A stretch of 63,883 nucleotides of DNA, counting the filler, from Olpidium bornovanus S191 (lineage: Eukaryota > Fungi > Olpidiomycota), in NCBI GenBank assembly GCA_017911155.1. It is 32 parts of 32 records of this genome, joined end to end, with 100 filler letters (N's around TTAATTAATTAA, not from the genome) between each part and the next. Parts side by side here need not be neighbours in the genome. Positions count along the whole stretch, not along the records: positions 49,148 to 50,590 come from JAEFCI010011404.1; positions 50,691 to 51,739 come from JAEFCI010013336.1; positions 51,840 to 54,522 come from JAEFCI010001168.1; positions 54,623 to 55,703 come from JAEFCI010003571.1; positions 55,804 to 57,141 come from JAEFCI010002843.1; positions 57,242 to 59,032 come from JAEFCI010004764.1; positions 59,133 to 61,286 come from JAEFCI010006933.1; 25 more parts are not named here. One strand, given 5' to 3'. The notes beneath the pieces were generated by a model that was given only the letters and a program-made list of their open reading frames with translations, was not told the origin of the DNA and made no database searches. The position numbers and the translations under genes were made by a program. Positions 49,183-59,800 of this stretch are shown piece after piece. Positions within the stretch are counted from its first letter, which is position 1. Each line of letters opens with the position of its first letter.

Positions 49183-50590
49183 ATGTTCACGGACGAAAGC
49201 AGCGCTATACGTCTCAAGGCCGTGACCAGCCTCGGGACGATCGTGCGGCGGTCTGGGCTGCTGGTCGAGGTGGAGCAGGTGCAGCAGATGCTTGCTGCCG
49301 TCGAAGACGCCCATCAGAACATCCGCGCAGAGGCGTACCAGGTGTTCGGGTACGTCGTTTGCGTCTCGCCGTTTTTGCGAAAATTTGCTTCCCTCCCCTT
49401 TTTTTTAAGATTCTGTGCTGCCCCGGCCTTTACTTTTCTTCTAACAATCACCTGCGTCCAATGACCATCAAATTAGCGTGGTGACAGCGTCCAACGTTGA
49501 TTGCCTGCGGTTCTTGATCGAGCGCCTTTTCCACTTCATGATCGTCCGCCCCGAGGACCGGCTGCTGGTATACGAGGCTTTGGGAAAGATAGGAAGAAGC
49601 CATTTTGCGATGATAGGTGTGCAGAGTTTGACCGGCCCTGACGCGCCATCCGAGAAGGCGGGTGGGAAAAAAAATAATCAAGTGCTAAAAGAGCACACGT
49701 TTTTGGCGGGAAAGGCACCGAGCCTATGATTGACGAGCTGTTCATGTGGGACCGGAACTTCCTGCCGCGGGAGCACAGCACCGAGGACCAGTTTCGTACG
49801 TTTTTTGCGGGGCGTGCCGGAACGTTGCCGTGTTCGCGTTCACTGGGTTTTTCCCCGGCTCGGCTAACAGATCTTTTTTATTGTTGTGTTCCGAATTTGC
49901 AGACGTGGCGAAGCTGATTATGCTGTTTAACGCCGCATGCGTACAACCGGCCGTTTTGAACATGCTGCCGCCGTACGCGCTCGATCAGTATGGTTACGTC
50001 AGGGCGATGTTCGGTAACATTGTTCCCGAGGTGGAAGCGGTAAGTTTGTTTCTGGCGGAGGATCGGCGCGCCGAAAGGGCAACCTTAACCTCGTTTTCCC
50101 CTCTCCATCCCCCCCTTCCAAAAAAAAACGTTTCCGGACCCTAGGGACTTACGAAGCCGGACTCCTTTGGACTGAGCAGAACAGCGACTGATCAGAAGGT
50201 GGCGGTGGCGGACGTCCTCGCTCGTGGTACGCCACGCCGGGAGGGATGCACCCCGCATCTGCTCGGAGAGCGCCTGTTTTCTACGTCGGAAACTTTTCGC
50301 GTTCAATTTTCTGCGTTCTTGTGCCTAAGTCGGGAGGTGCCCGGGGGCGCCGGGATTTCCCCCGTTCCGTTTTAGTTCCTCCAAAACGCGAGGAGGGAGG
50401 ACTCGAATCCGTGGAGGAGATGATGGCAAAGGTGCACCAGCGAGTGTCGGGGCTCCACCAGCTGCTCGCGCAGGGCGAGTACGGCGAAACCGATTTCTGG
50501 ATACAACGGTGTAGAAGGTATAGGAAAATGCGCGCCGTTTATGCTTGTATGGTTTACGGTTTGTAGGATTTCGGTTTGGAGGAGACCATG
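49183..50590 (+). CDS. INTS4: Integrator complex subunit 4 (HEAT repeats), partial
   Basis: Exons 49183-49349, 49477-49616, about 49715-49795, about 49901-50039 and more. MFTDESSAIRL..EDAHQNIR..RPEDRLLVYEALGKIGRSH..HVAKLIMLFNAA..QYGYVRAMFGNIVP is collinear with remembered human MFNDEIEEVRL..EDSSRDIR..YPTDRDSIWKCLKFLGSRH..YIAVLVLIFNAA..HYAYLRDSLSHLVP. Confidence 0.85.
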
Positions 50591-52298
50591 NNNNNNNNNN
50601 NNNNNNNNNNNNNNNNNNNNNNNNNNNNNNNNNNTTAATTAATTAANNNNNNNNNNNNNNNNNNNNNNNNNNNNNNNNNNNNNNNNNNNNACTTCGTCAC
50701 CTGCCCTATCTCTCGCCGCAGCTGTCAGTGACGCGGCGGCTCCTCACGCTTCTTTGATTTTTTTTTTTTTTTCCTTTTTTTTTGGTTTCTTCGGCCGGGG
50801 CCAGACGGGGGGCGGCCGGGGGGGGGGGGAATTTTTTTTTTTTTTTTTTTGGATTCCTTTTCTCGCCCATTCCGGGCCCGTGGGAGAACGTCCGGCGCTC
50901 CCCAACCCTTCCCCACTTCAAACCTCCTCCGTCCCCCTCCCGGGCCCCACTTTCAAGTCACCGTCACGTCCTGCTCTCACAAGTTTTATTCTTCTTTTTT
51001 CTTCTCTGCTTTCCTCCCACTAGCTTTCGGCTCGTTAGGCCGCTTTGATTGTTAATGAATCTTTACTATGCCGTGCTGTCCGTTTTGCGAACTTTTCTTT
51101 TCGGGAGCGAAACCCCAAATGCCGCCGTCCCTTTCTCCCCTCTCCCGGCCGCCTGTCGGGATGCTTCGACTGTTCGTCGGCGGCTCTGAAGCCGTCTGTC
51201 GCCAGCCGAACTTTGCGCAGTTCGCGCGCGGAAAAGGGGGGGGGGGGGGGGGGGGGGTTTAGGCCTACATATCGCATCCGGAACGTGGTGGTCCGGGATG
51301 CGCGGGGATGTGGGTTGGATTTTCTTTTTTTGGATGTGCGGTGAAACTTTTTTCTTTTCCCGCGGAAGCGTTTCAACGTGAAACACCGGAGAAATCTTTC
51401 TCAAAATCTTTTTGAAAAAAATGTGCAGCCTGCATTACGTCCTTTAAACGCCGAAGGGCGACGTCGATGTAAACACGCTACAATGCACCGCAATGTCGTA
51501 TTCATTGGAGAAAAAAAAATTTCTCATTCTTTCTCATTGATTGTTTAGGCGAGTCGAAAACAGGCTGTTTCTGGTCCGGCAAAATATTTATTGAGAATTT
51601 CCAAATCCGGACCAAAATGGGCCTCCTGTGGAGTGTTTGACTCTCGTTTTTGTGTATCCTGTGAGGTGCACGAGACTTTGGATTTGGGCACCAGGAGTAC
51701 CCCTCAGGAGGCCACAGGCAGGGGTGCCCCGTGGGAGGGNNNNNNNNNNNNNNNNNNNNNNNNNNNNNNNNNNNNNNNNNNNNTTAATTAATTAANNNNN
51801 NNNNNNNNNNNNNNNNNNNNNNNNNNNNNNNNNNNNNNNTGATAACAGTCACCCGCGGATTCGCGGACCCAAACATTCATTATTTTTTTTTTGACTATGT
51901 CCGGGACCCAGAAGCCCCGTTCTTGGGAAAACTGTTACGGGTCGTCCCGAGGTCTTAGTTGAAGCGGTAAATCGAACCTGAGCTGTTTTCCCGTGTGTCG
52001 TGGGTTAATTGGGGGAGGGTCTTATGCGTACGCCCAGCGAAGAAGCGGGCTTGAGCTGCGCGACCACTCGCCAGTGCCGGCCGTTGAACGCAACGTCGCA
52101 ATATCAATATATAGGGACCGGTGTGAGACCCGCCGGACAGAAAGCAAGAGATGAGGAAAGGAAAAAAAAAAAAAAACACAAAAACAGAAAAAAAAAAAGA
52201 CACAAAAACAAAAAAAAAAGTTACACATCGCCCTTTCTTTTCCATCTGCTGTAAGTCCAATTTGTCTCGTTCCTCGTCCACATCCGGAGTTCGGAGTA

Positions 52299-52318
52299 AA
52301 CCCTAACCCTAACCCTAA
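52299..52318 (+). repeat. Interstitial telomere-type (TAACCC)n, about 3 units
   Basis: AACCCTAACCCTAACCCTAA. Confidence 0.7.
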
Positions 52319-52338
52319 ATTCCGGAGTGGCGATGCGC

Positions 52339-52408
52339 CAGCGGTTCAGGCCTAGGGATTTTGACAGACAGTCCAGCGGTTCAGGCCTAGGGATTTTGAC
52401 ATACAGTC
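52339..52408. repeat. 35-bp tandem duplication, one mismatch
   Basis: CAGCGGTTCAGGCCTAGGGATTTTGACA(G/T)ACAGTC twice. Confidence 0.9.
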
Positions 52409-52883
52409 CAAAACCAGAATCCATTTTGGAGAGAAAGTCCCGGACCAAAACTAGAATCCAGTTTTAAGAGAAGTCGGCGTGCGGCCCTTGATAAACGCGG
52501 GCGATTCGGCCATTTTTTTCTATTTTTTTTTGGTTTTTTTTTACCCTTATAAGGCGGGCGAGAGGAAGGTGGGGGGGGGGGGGTGTGCGCGCACGTCTCG
52601 TTTTTCTGTTCACGCGTTCGCGTTCGGCACGAGGAAAAAAAAAACCGCGGTGCGTCGGGGAGAAGCGCGTTGTTGGCGCGCGCGGGCCTGCGGCGCGGCG
52701 ACGGAAGGGGGCCGAGAAGGGCGGATCCGAGGGGCGGCGGCGGGGGGCGGGGGGAGGAAACGGGGCTCCCGCCCGCGAGGCAGCGTTTCTGAAAATCATC
52801 ATCCCCAAGGGGGAAATAAAACTGGGCCGCGTGCATTCCACCCTTTACGTTCTTGATTTTTTTTTTTTTTTTTGATTCCCCCT

Positions 52884-54010
52884 TCACTCCACCGGATTTG
52901 GTTTCTCGGCAAACGCCAATTTCTTAGACTTCCTTCCCCCCATTTCCCCGCCCCCTTTCCCCCCCCCCCTCCCCCTTTCTCTTTCCCGCGCGCCGTCGAG
53001 GGGCTTCGGTGGCGATTGTCCGTCGTACGGTTGTGACCCTTCGTACGGTTGCGACTCATCGACCGTTACGTCGTACTGTTCAATGAGATGGTCATTTGCC
53101 GGGTTCCAGAGGCAATATCCCTTGCTGATAGGGGAATGGCCAACCATGATAAGCTTCTCCCCTGTGGGCGCCAGCTTGCCGATTTCCGTGTTGCAGTCCT
53201 GTTTGAGAATGTGCGCGTATTCCATGCTGCCGATGATTCGGAGGTGATCCAGGCGTATCGGCATGTCGGGTTCGCGTCGTTTGAATGCGCAGAGCGGGAT
53301 CTTGCCGTTGAGGCTTCTATGAGGTGAGCGGTTGTAGAGGTAGATCATGCTGCCCCACACTCCGTCCCAAAGCTTTGCCGGGAGTTTGCTTGCTATCATG
53401 ACCGCGCGGGCACGATCTTCCAGGGTACGATTGATCCTTTTGGCCACTCCGTTCTGTTGAGGTGTATCGCGGATGGTTGTCACGATGCGAATCCCACGGT
53501 CTCGGAGCGTCTTGACATATTCGTCTCCCATGAATTCCCCACCTCGAACCGAGCGGCGGGTTCTTATTGTCCATCCTTGCTTCTCGACGAATGGGAGAAA
53601 ATCCAGGAGAGCGCTTGTTGTTCCTGAGACTGCCTTTGTTGGAAGGAAGTAGCCTCTAGCCAGGCGTTTAGGCCCTACGTAGGTGAGTGCGTACCTGTTC
53701 CCGTTTGCCTGTTGGCGTTTGCTTCTTTGACGGGGAGTCTGCGGTTTGGGCTCATAACCTGTGGTAAAATATGCCCTCCGGAGGAGACCCCGGGAAATCC
53801 AAGGGAGCCGCGCAAGGATTCGGAAGAGGAGAATAACTGTTCTGTTTCTTCGCGGTGTTTCAATTCTACGGATTCTGCGCCTATTTATGTTGGGATTCCG
53901 TGCGGATTCTACAAAAGGGGGAAAGGGGGAAGTAATTCGTGTATAGTGCGTGACACTTAAAGCCAGCTACCTTCTGAGGCCATCGTAGCCACGTATCTGC
54001 ATCGACCACA
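52884..54010 (-). mobile_element. Internally deleted Ty1/copia element: LTR 54010-53760, PBS 53759-53748, integrase core
   Basis: TGTGGT...ACCACA termini and GGTTATGAGCCC. Integrase GNRYALTYV..RSVRGGEF..TPQQNGVAKRINRTL..YLYNRSPH..GYCLWNP..DVTVDES. Confidence 0.88.
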
Positions 54011-54200
54011 GCTGCTCTAAAGCTAAAAAAACTCTATAAAGTTGATGTTTAGACATCAACAAACATCCTAATAGAAGCGGATTCCTGGTATCTTTTTTTT
54101 TGGCCGAGTTATCAGCGGTCAAAAAACGTCCATTTTTTTAAATTTGTATGACGGAGCGGAAATTTGGCCGCTGTGCCGAACTGTGCAAAACGTCGGTCTA

Positions 54201-54400
54201 CTATGTCAACAATGCATTGATATTTAGAAGCACTGATGCAGGAATTCTCCGGTGATCGGTATTTTTTAACTGCATATTCAGCAGCCTTTCCTGTGAGATT
54301 TTTCCTGTAGACATCCATGTATCGGTGACATTTTCTTGCATGATGCCAGATTTCCTGTAGTTTGACTGACGCAAGCACAAGAGCACCGTTTGCTGCAAAC
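54201..54400 (-). mobile_element. IS630/Tc1-like transposase C-terminal remnant
   Basis: HARKCHRYMDVYRKNLTGKAAEYAVKKYRS/(H)RRIP resembles the remembered fungal motif RYMDAYRKGLTGKQAEYAVKKYKSHRRIP; frameshifted. Confidence 0.55.
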
Positions 54401-54622
54401 CATCCCACGAATAATCGCAGTTTTTTCGAGTAAATCATTTAGCTGCACCCCAGAAATTCTCGATAAAATTCAGCGTCGCAGTGGAACTTGGGGTAAAAAA
54501 AATAATCTCGTGGCCTGCCCCANNNNNNNNNNNNNNNNNNNNNNNNNNNNNNNNNNNNNNNNNNNNTTAATTAATTAANNNNNNNNNNNNNNNNNNNNNN
54601 NNNNNNNNNNNNNNNNNNNNNN

Positions 54623-55615
54623 CATGAACCCCGCTGGTCAGGTTTCGCGACTACAGATATTCATCCGGTCGTGCTACCCGCGTCTCGTCTCCTTACTTTC
54701 TTCGTCCTCCGACTCGCCGTCTTCGCCATCCCGCTGGGTGCTGAACGACGACCTGCTGCTTCGACGCGAAGTTTCGCCGCCCCAACCCTCAAGCCCTGTC
54801 TCCTCCGGCGACGACAGCCGCGCCGGTATTGCAGCCAGCGCGTCGGCAAGGTTGAACTCCGGAATCACTTTGGGGCGGGAAGGAACAACAAAAAGGGAAA
54901 AAAAACCCCCCCCCCGCCGATTTAGGGTTTACCAGGGGTAGCGTCTCGAACAAGAGACGCCGTCAGGTCGTCGATCTTGGCCGCGTTGCGCACGAGCACC
55001 GGGGGAGGTCTGCACAAGACTTTTTTTTTTCCAAAAAAAAGTCGCTTACCATCCATGTCGACGATTTCATCGGTGTCCGCGTTGTATCGCACGTACGGCG
55101 TCTTCGGTTCGTCGATCTTCATCGTCGCGGCCTTCTGCGCTTCGGTGAGCAGCAGGTTGTCTTCGTCCCATTTGAGGCGTTTGCTGTGGGAGCTGTGGGC
55201 GGGAAAAAGCCCGAGCAAAAGGCGGACCCGTCGAGGCATTAGACGCGAGCCACCCTTGCGGCACTGGGGGAGGGGTGAAAAGGGCGCGTTTCAGTCGCCG
55301 CCAGGGATGCCGACGGAGGCCGGGTGGACCGGCCGTCCGGGGGTTACCCCCTCCTTCCCGCGGAAAGAGCACACACCCGGCGTCCTTGTGGAGGTCGGCG
55401 GCTCGCGATTCCGGAGAGCATGGGCCCCCGGCCGCGGCGGGGAGCGGCGGCGGGTCCTTGCGCAAAATCCCGCGCGGCTGGGTGGCCAGCCCGGCGGCGG
55501 GGTCGGCGCTGAAGCGGATGGACGCGCTGCTGCCGCCGCGGGGTGTCCCGTGGGCGAGGCCTTCCGCGGCGGGCGGCAGCTGCCGGCTGCAGTCCTCAGC
55601 CTTCTGCGTGGGCAT
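54623..55615 (-). CDS. GLC8: Protein phosphatase 1 inhibitor-2 (IPP-2/Glc8)
   Basis: PRGILRK, then LKWDEDNL..MKIDEPKTPY and an acidic tail. Confidence 0.9.
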
Positions 55616-55635
55616 TGTGCGCCGGCAGACGTTAA

Positions 55636-55674
<39 letters not shown>

Positions 55675-55902
55675 CGGGGGGGGTGCGGGGGGGGGGGGGG
55701 GGGNNNNNNNNNNNNNNNNNNNNNNNNNNNNNNNNNNNNNNNNNNNNTTAATTAATTAANNNNNNNNNNNNNNNNNNNNNNNNNNNNNNNNNNNNNNNNN
55801 NNNCACGGCCTACTCAGGAACAGCCGTGGTCAACGACGTCAGACGTTCGCGAAGTCGGCACGGATACCCATCTCCCAAACTGAAGATTATTAAACGGCAT
55901 AC

Positions 55903-56821
55903 CTTCACTTTGTCCCAATCCATGTTCACAACGGCCAATCGTCTGGTCTCCTCGCCCGTTGGCACGTCCTCTTCTTCCACTTCCTCCTCGTACTCGTCGT
56001 ACTCTACGTCAGTATCCTCTTCTGAAGACGAGACAACACCCACTCCGCGCGCAGGATCGCAAAGAGTGCGTTCCCCATCATCGTCGTCTACGTCTACGTC
56101 GTCTTCGAGGTCGCTGCTAGACCTTTCGCTGACGGACGCTTCGAACAACCCGTCCGCGTCCTCGTCGCTCTCCGACTCCGAGGCTCCTGTTGAACCTTCG
56201 TGACGGTCAGTGGCGGCATGCACGCTTTCCTCGACGTTATTTCCGTGTTCATCTGCGTCGTCGACGTTGTAGAACCGCTTCAATTCGGCGACGGCCAAAG
56301 ACTGGTCCAATCTCCGTCCATACTTATCGACCTTCGCTGTCGGGTAGCACGACAGCAAAAGCCCAGGTTAGCTTTCAAATACACAACAACCTAGCGTGCC
56401 GGGCGTCGCGGCGGACTCACGTGCGGCGGCAAAGTCTTCGCTTTTCAGCATGTGCGCGAAGCGTTCGTCGACTTTGACCTTGGTCTCGTTCTTTCGGGGG
56501 CGCATGAAGCGAGGGTCATTGTGGACGCGAACGAACCGGCTGCGGCAAGTTCACGGGGTTCTTAACACTGGTCAAAACAAGGCCGGCCACACAACGGGGC
56601 TCTGCATGCGGAAAGCGAGGGCGTGGCAACACGAGGCCCGAGTCCCCTCACCTGTCCGTGGTCACCGGCGCCGTTCCGGTTTGCGCGTGGGGCCGATCGC
56701 GACGGTCGCCGTCCGGCACGACCCTCTTCTGCCCGCCGCCGGCGCCTGCGCCCGACGCTCTCTTCCCGTGGCCGTCTGCAACCGGCGGCGCATTTTTCTT
56801 CGAGCGCGCCCTGTTCGCCAT
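55903..56821 (-). CDS. ESF1: Pre-rRNA processing factor Esf1, 5' part
   Basis: VTTDSRFVRVHNDPRF..KVKVDERF, KVDKYGR, ELKRFY, DPARG, ETRRLAVVNMDWDKVK. Confidence 0.95.
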
Positions 56822-57463
56822 CGCGGTCTCTCGCAAGCGTGAACAAAAGAATTAAGGGGCTCGCCGCCCTCCGTTTTCCGTCCGGGCCGAGTTGCTCCCG
56901 AGTCCCGCGAAAAACCGCAAACTTTGAACGGAAAAAAAAGGGGGGGGAGGGACTTCCAGGTCACGTGTTATCACGGAATTGACAAGCTTCCTCGCCGCGC
57001 GGGCCCCACCAGGCAAGAAAGAATAACCTGGTCTCCGCCCCCCACAGATCTCCCATCCGGAAACAATGAGCACGTCACTACAGATTGCCAGCGATTTCGA
57101 GCATCCGCCGTCGCAGACATATCCGAGCTTACCCCTCCATGNNNNNNNNNNNNNNNNNNNNNNNNNNNNNNNNNNNNNNNNNNNNTTAATTAATTAANNN
57201 NNNNNNNNNNNNNNNNNNNNNNNNNNNNNNNNNNNNNNNNNCCGAATGTCAGGAAACGGCGGGACCCGGAACGAGTTACGCAGGGTAAAACATAAAAAAA
57301 AGGGGAGGGAAACGACTAAAAACGTTTTGGACGCAAGCAGCTGACGTGAAAAAATCCCATGCTGTTTGAGGCTCAAATAAAATAAGTACAGGAAAAACCA
57401 TCTATGTAGGAACGTCCGCAGCGTGTCTCTCGCGGGACGAATGAACAGGGTGTGTCTATGGAT

Positions 57464-59032
57464 CTATAGGTTGGACTGGAGAGGCAAAGGAAGCGGTTGC
57501 CGCCGAGACACCGGCGCGGGCAAAAGCTCCTCTGACTCCTGGCTCGCCTGCAACTCCTGCGGCAACTGGGAAAGCATTCCGAGCGGAAGGTCGCCGTTGG
57601 GGTCGTAAACCAGCGATGCGAGGAACCGCAGCCGCTGAGACGCAAGAGGAGCCGCCACTCGCGAATCATCCATAATAATCGTAGCGCCAGAGCTGGCGTC
57701 CGCGGAAATTAGGTTGGAAGACTGGAGGTTGGCCAGGGCCGCCGAAAAGGCCTGCGGGAAGCAAGTTTTGTCACCGCGAGAAAATGGGCCAGGTCACACG
57801 CCTACACACAACGCGCGACCAAGCAACATCGGCAATTCGCTCGCGCGCAAAGAAAATTCCTTACCCGCTCGCCGTCGTCAGCTGCCAAAAACTCTCCATC
57901 GAACCTCCGGCGCAACGCACCAAACCGCCGCCTCAGATCTGCCAGCGCGACCGGCTTAGGAAATCCGGACGACACAAGCGCAAGGCACACCAACGCTTCC
58001 TGAAACAGGCAGTGCAGCATCAGGTTCCTCGAGTGGGCCAGCTTTAGCAATGCCGGCGCAGATGCCGTCCCTGGAACTCGGAGAACCGCCGAGTCTACCT
58101 GAGTGACGTCGGGCATGTGCAGCTCCACCGATTCCGGGTAGTTAAGCATGCGGACTGCGTAGAACAAGACAGCATCCAGGTCTTCGTCATCTGCAACATT
58201 GTGCGGGCGGAATCGTGATTGGCAACTGAGAATTCTAAGGCAGTCTGACCGTACCGGCTTTTGGACGCCGAACTCTCATCCACCAACCTTCCCAATCAAC
58301 CGCATACCCCCTCCGTTGGCATTCTTCCTTCAGCCAAACTAATTCACTCCTCGCTTGAGCAACCGAGATGCCTCCAAAAGGTCGCGAGCCGAGGATGACG
58401 GCAGCCAGAAGCGAGACCGGGCTGAGGACGGCAACTCGCAGTTGACGCTCCTGGACGTGGCGGGCAAGAGCACGGACGAGGAGCTTCCGGTCGGAGAGCG
58501 GGTCGTCCCCCGCCCTTTGCCGAAGCAGCTCGACGTAGGCGCGGACGCTGATGGGCCTGGAGATCGAGAGGGGCACCCGGCCATAACTCGGATCGTCCGA
58601 GGGCGCAACCGGGTGGATGGGTAACTTCCCCTTGGGGGAGGCCTTCGAAGACTCACTCGACGAAGATGCGGGGCGCCGGGAAGGCCGCCCGAACAATGCC
58701 CGCCGTGCCCTGGCCAGGTTCGCCAGACTTTCTGTGGGCTTTGGTAAGCCCAGTATCTCAAGTGAAATCTGCGCCTCCTCCAGCACTCGTTCGTACGAAA
58801 GGCCGATGGGCACCAGCAGGAGATCGCGATCTTTATCGTCACTTGCAAGCACCGATGAGCTTTTGCCGCTTAAGCAATCGAGAACAGGGTCTAACAGCGT
58901 TGTGAATATGCCATGCTTCGCTGGTAAGGCCTTTCCAGTCCGCGATCGTGTCCCTTCCAGAAAAAGTTCCAGGGTAGATCCGGGTTGGGCAAACAGCGCC
59001 TCAATGTAAGCTTTCAGTATGGTGGTGTACAA
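57464..59032 (-). CDS. PlsB-family acyltransferase, GNPAT/GPAM-like, 5'-partial
   Basis: Motif III FLEGTRSRTGK, motif IV LLVPIGLSYERVLE, KPTESL, HSRNLMLHCLF..DGEFL; the last modelled exon ends SNL*. Confidence 0.85.
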
Positions 59033-59133
59033 NNNNNNNNNNNNNNNNNNNNNNNNNNNNNNNNNNNNNNNNNNNNTTAATTAATTAANNNNNNNNNNNN
59101 NNNNNNNNNNNNNNNNNNNNNNNNNNNNNNNNC

Positions 59134-59800
59134 ATGAAGCCCTGGCTCTTGGAAGTGAACTTCAGCCCGTCGCTGAATGAGGACTGCGAGATCGACTTGC
59201 AGGTGAAAAGAGTAAGACTTTCTGTTAAATGCACCAGATTCTGCACGCACTCGGCGCCGTCACCCTTGGGCTCATCCTCGATAGCCGTTGATGGAAGACC
59301 TGGTAACCCTCCTAGCCCTCGACGAGCAGGACGCGCGCCAGGCGACCGTCGACTCGGAGGTACACCGCGGAACGTTGCGACGGTTTTGTTTTTTTTTTTT
59401 TTTTTTCTTTGCTCCTTTTTACGATGTGCAAAAAAGGAGACCCTGATCCCGCGGTTCTTGAAACATCAAAAAAAAAAAAAAAAAGCCGACGGGGCAAGGA
59501 CCCCGGAAATTCAAGGTCGGCAGCCGGGGCCCGGGCGCCCCGACCGAAAACGCGGTCGGTCACGGCCAGACGGAAAGGAAAGCACCTCCTCCGCGGCGAG
59601 CGCCTTTGCCTGGGAAACCCGCCTGCGCCGGAACGTCCTCCAACCGCGCGTCGCAGTTCTACCACCCGGGCGTCTGCGGGTCGGTCTCGGCCTCGCCGGC
59701 GCGGAAGGAGGAAGGGTTCGGATCGCCGGGCGCCGGCGGGTTCCGGCAGATCTTCCCATTCAGCGACGTGACGAGGGCCTTGTCGATGCAACTGAACGAG
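59134..59800 (+). CDS. Tubulin-tyrosine ligase-like protein (TTLL2-like), partial
   Basis: KPWLLEVNFSPSLNEDCEIDLQVKR/PLMEDLVTLL (intron 59212-59284) and downstream GGFRQIFPF. Confidence 0.8.

Noticed and set aside
52299-52318. A true chromosome end
   Set aside because: Only three units and internal to the contig.
54623-59800. Functional cluster formed by neighbouring genes such as GLC8, ESF1, GNPAT-like and TTLL
   Set aside because: Each gene is on a separate contig, so the adjacency is artificial.
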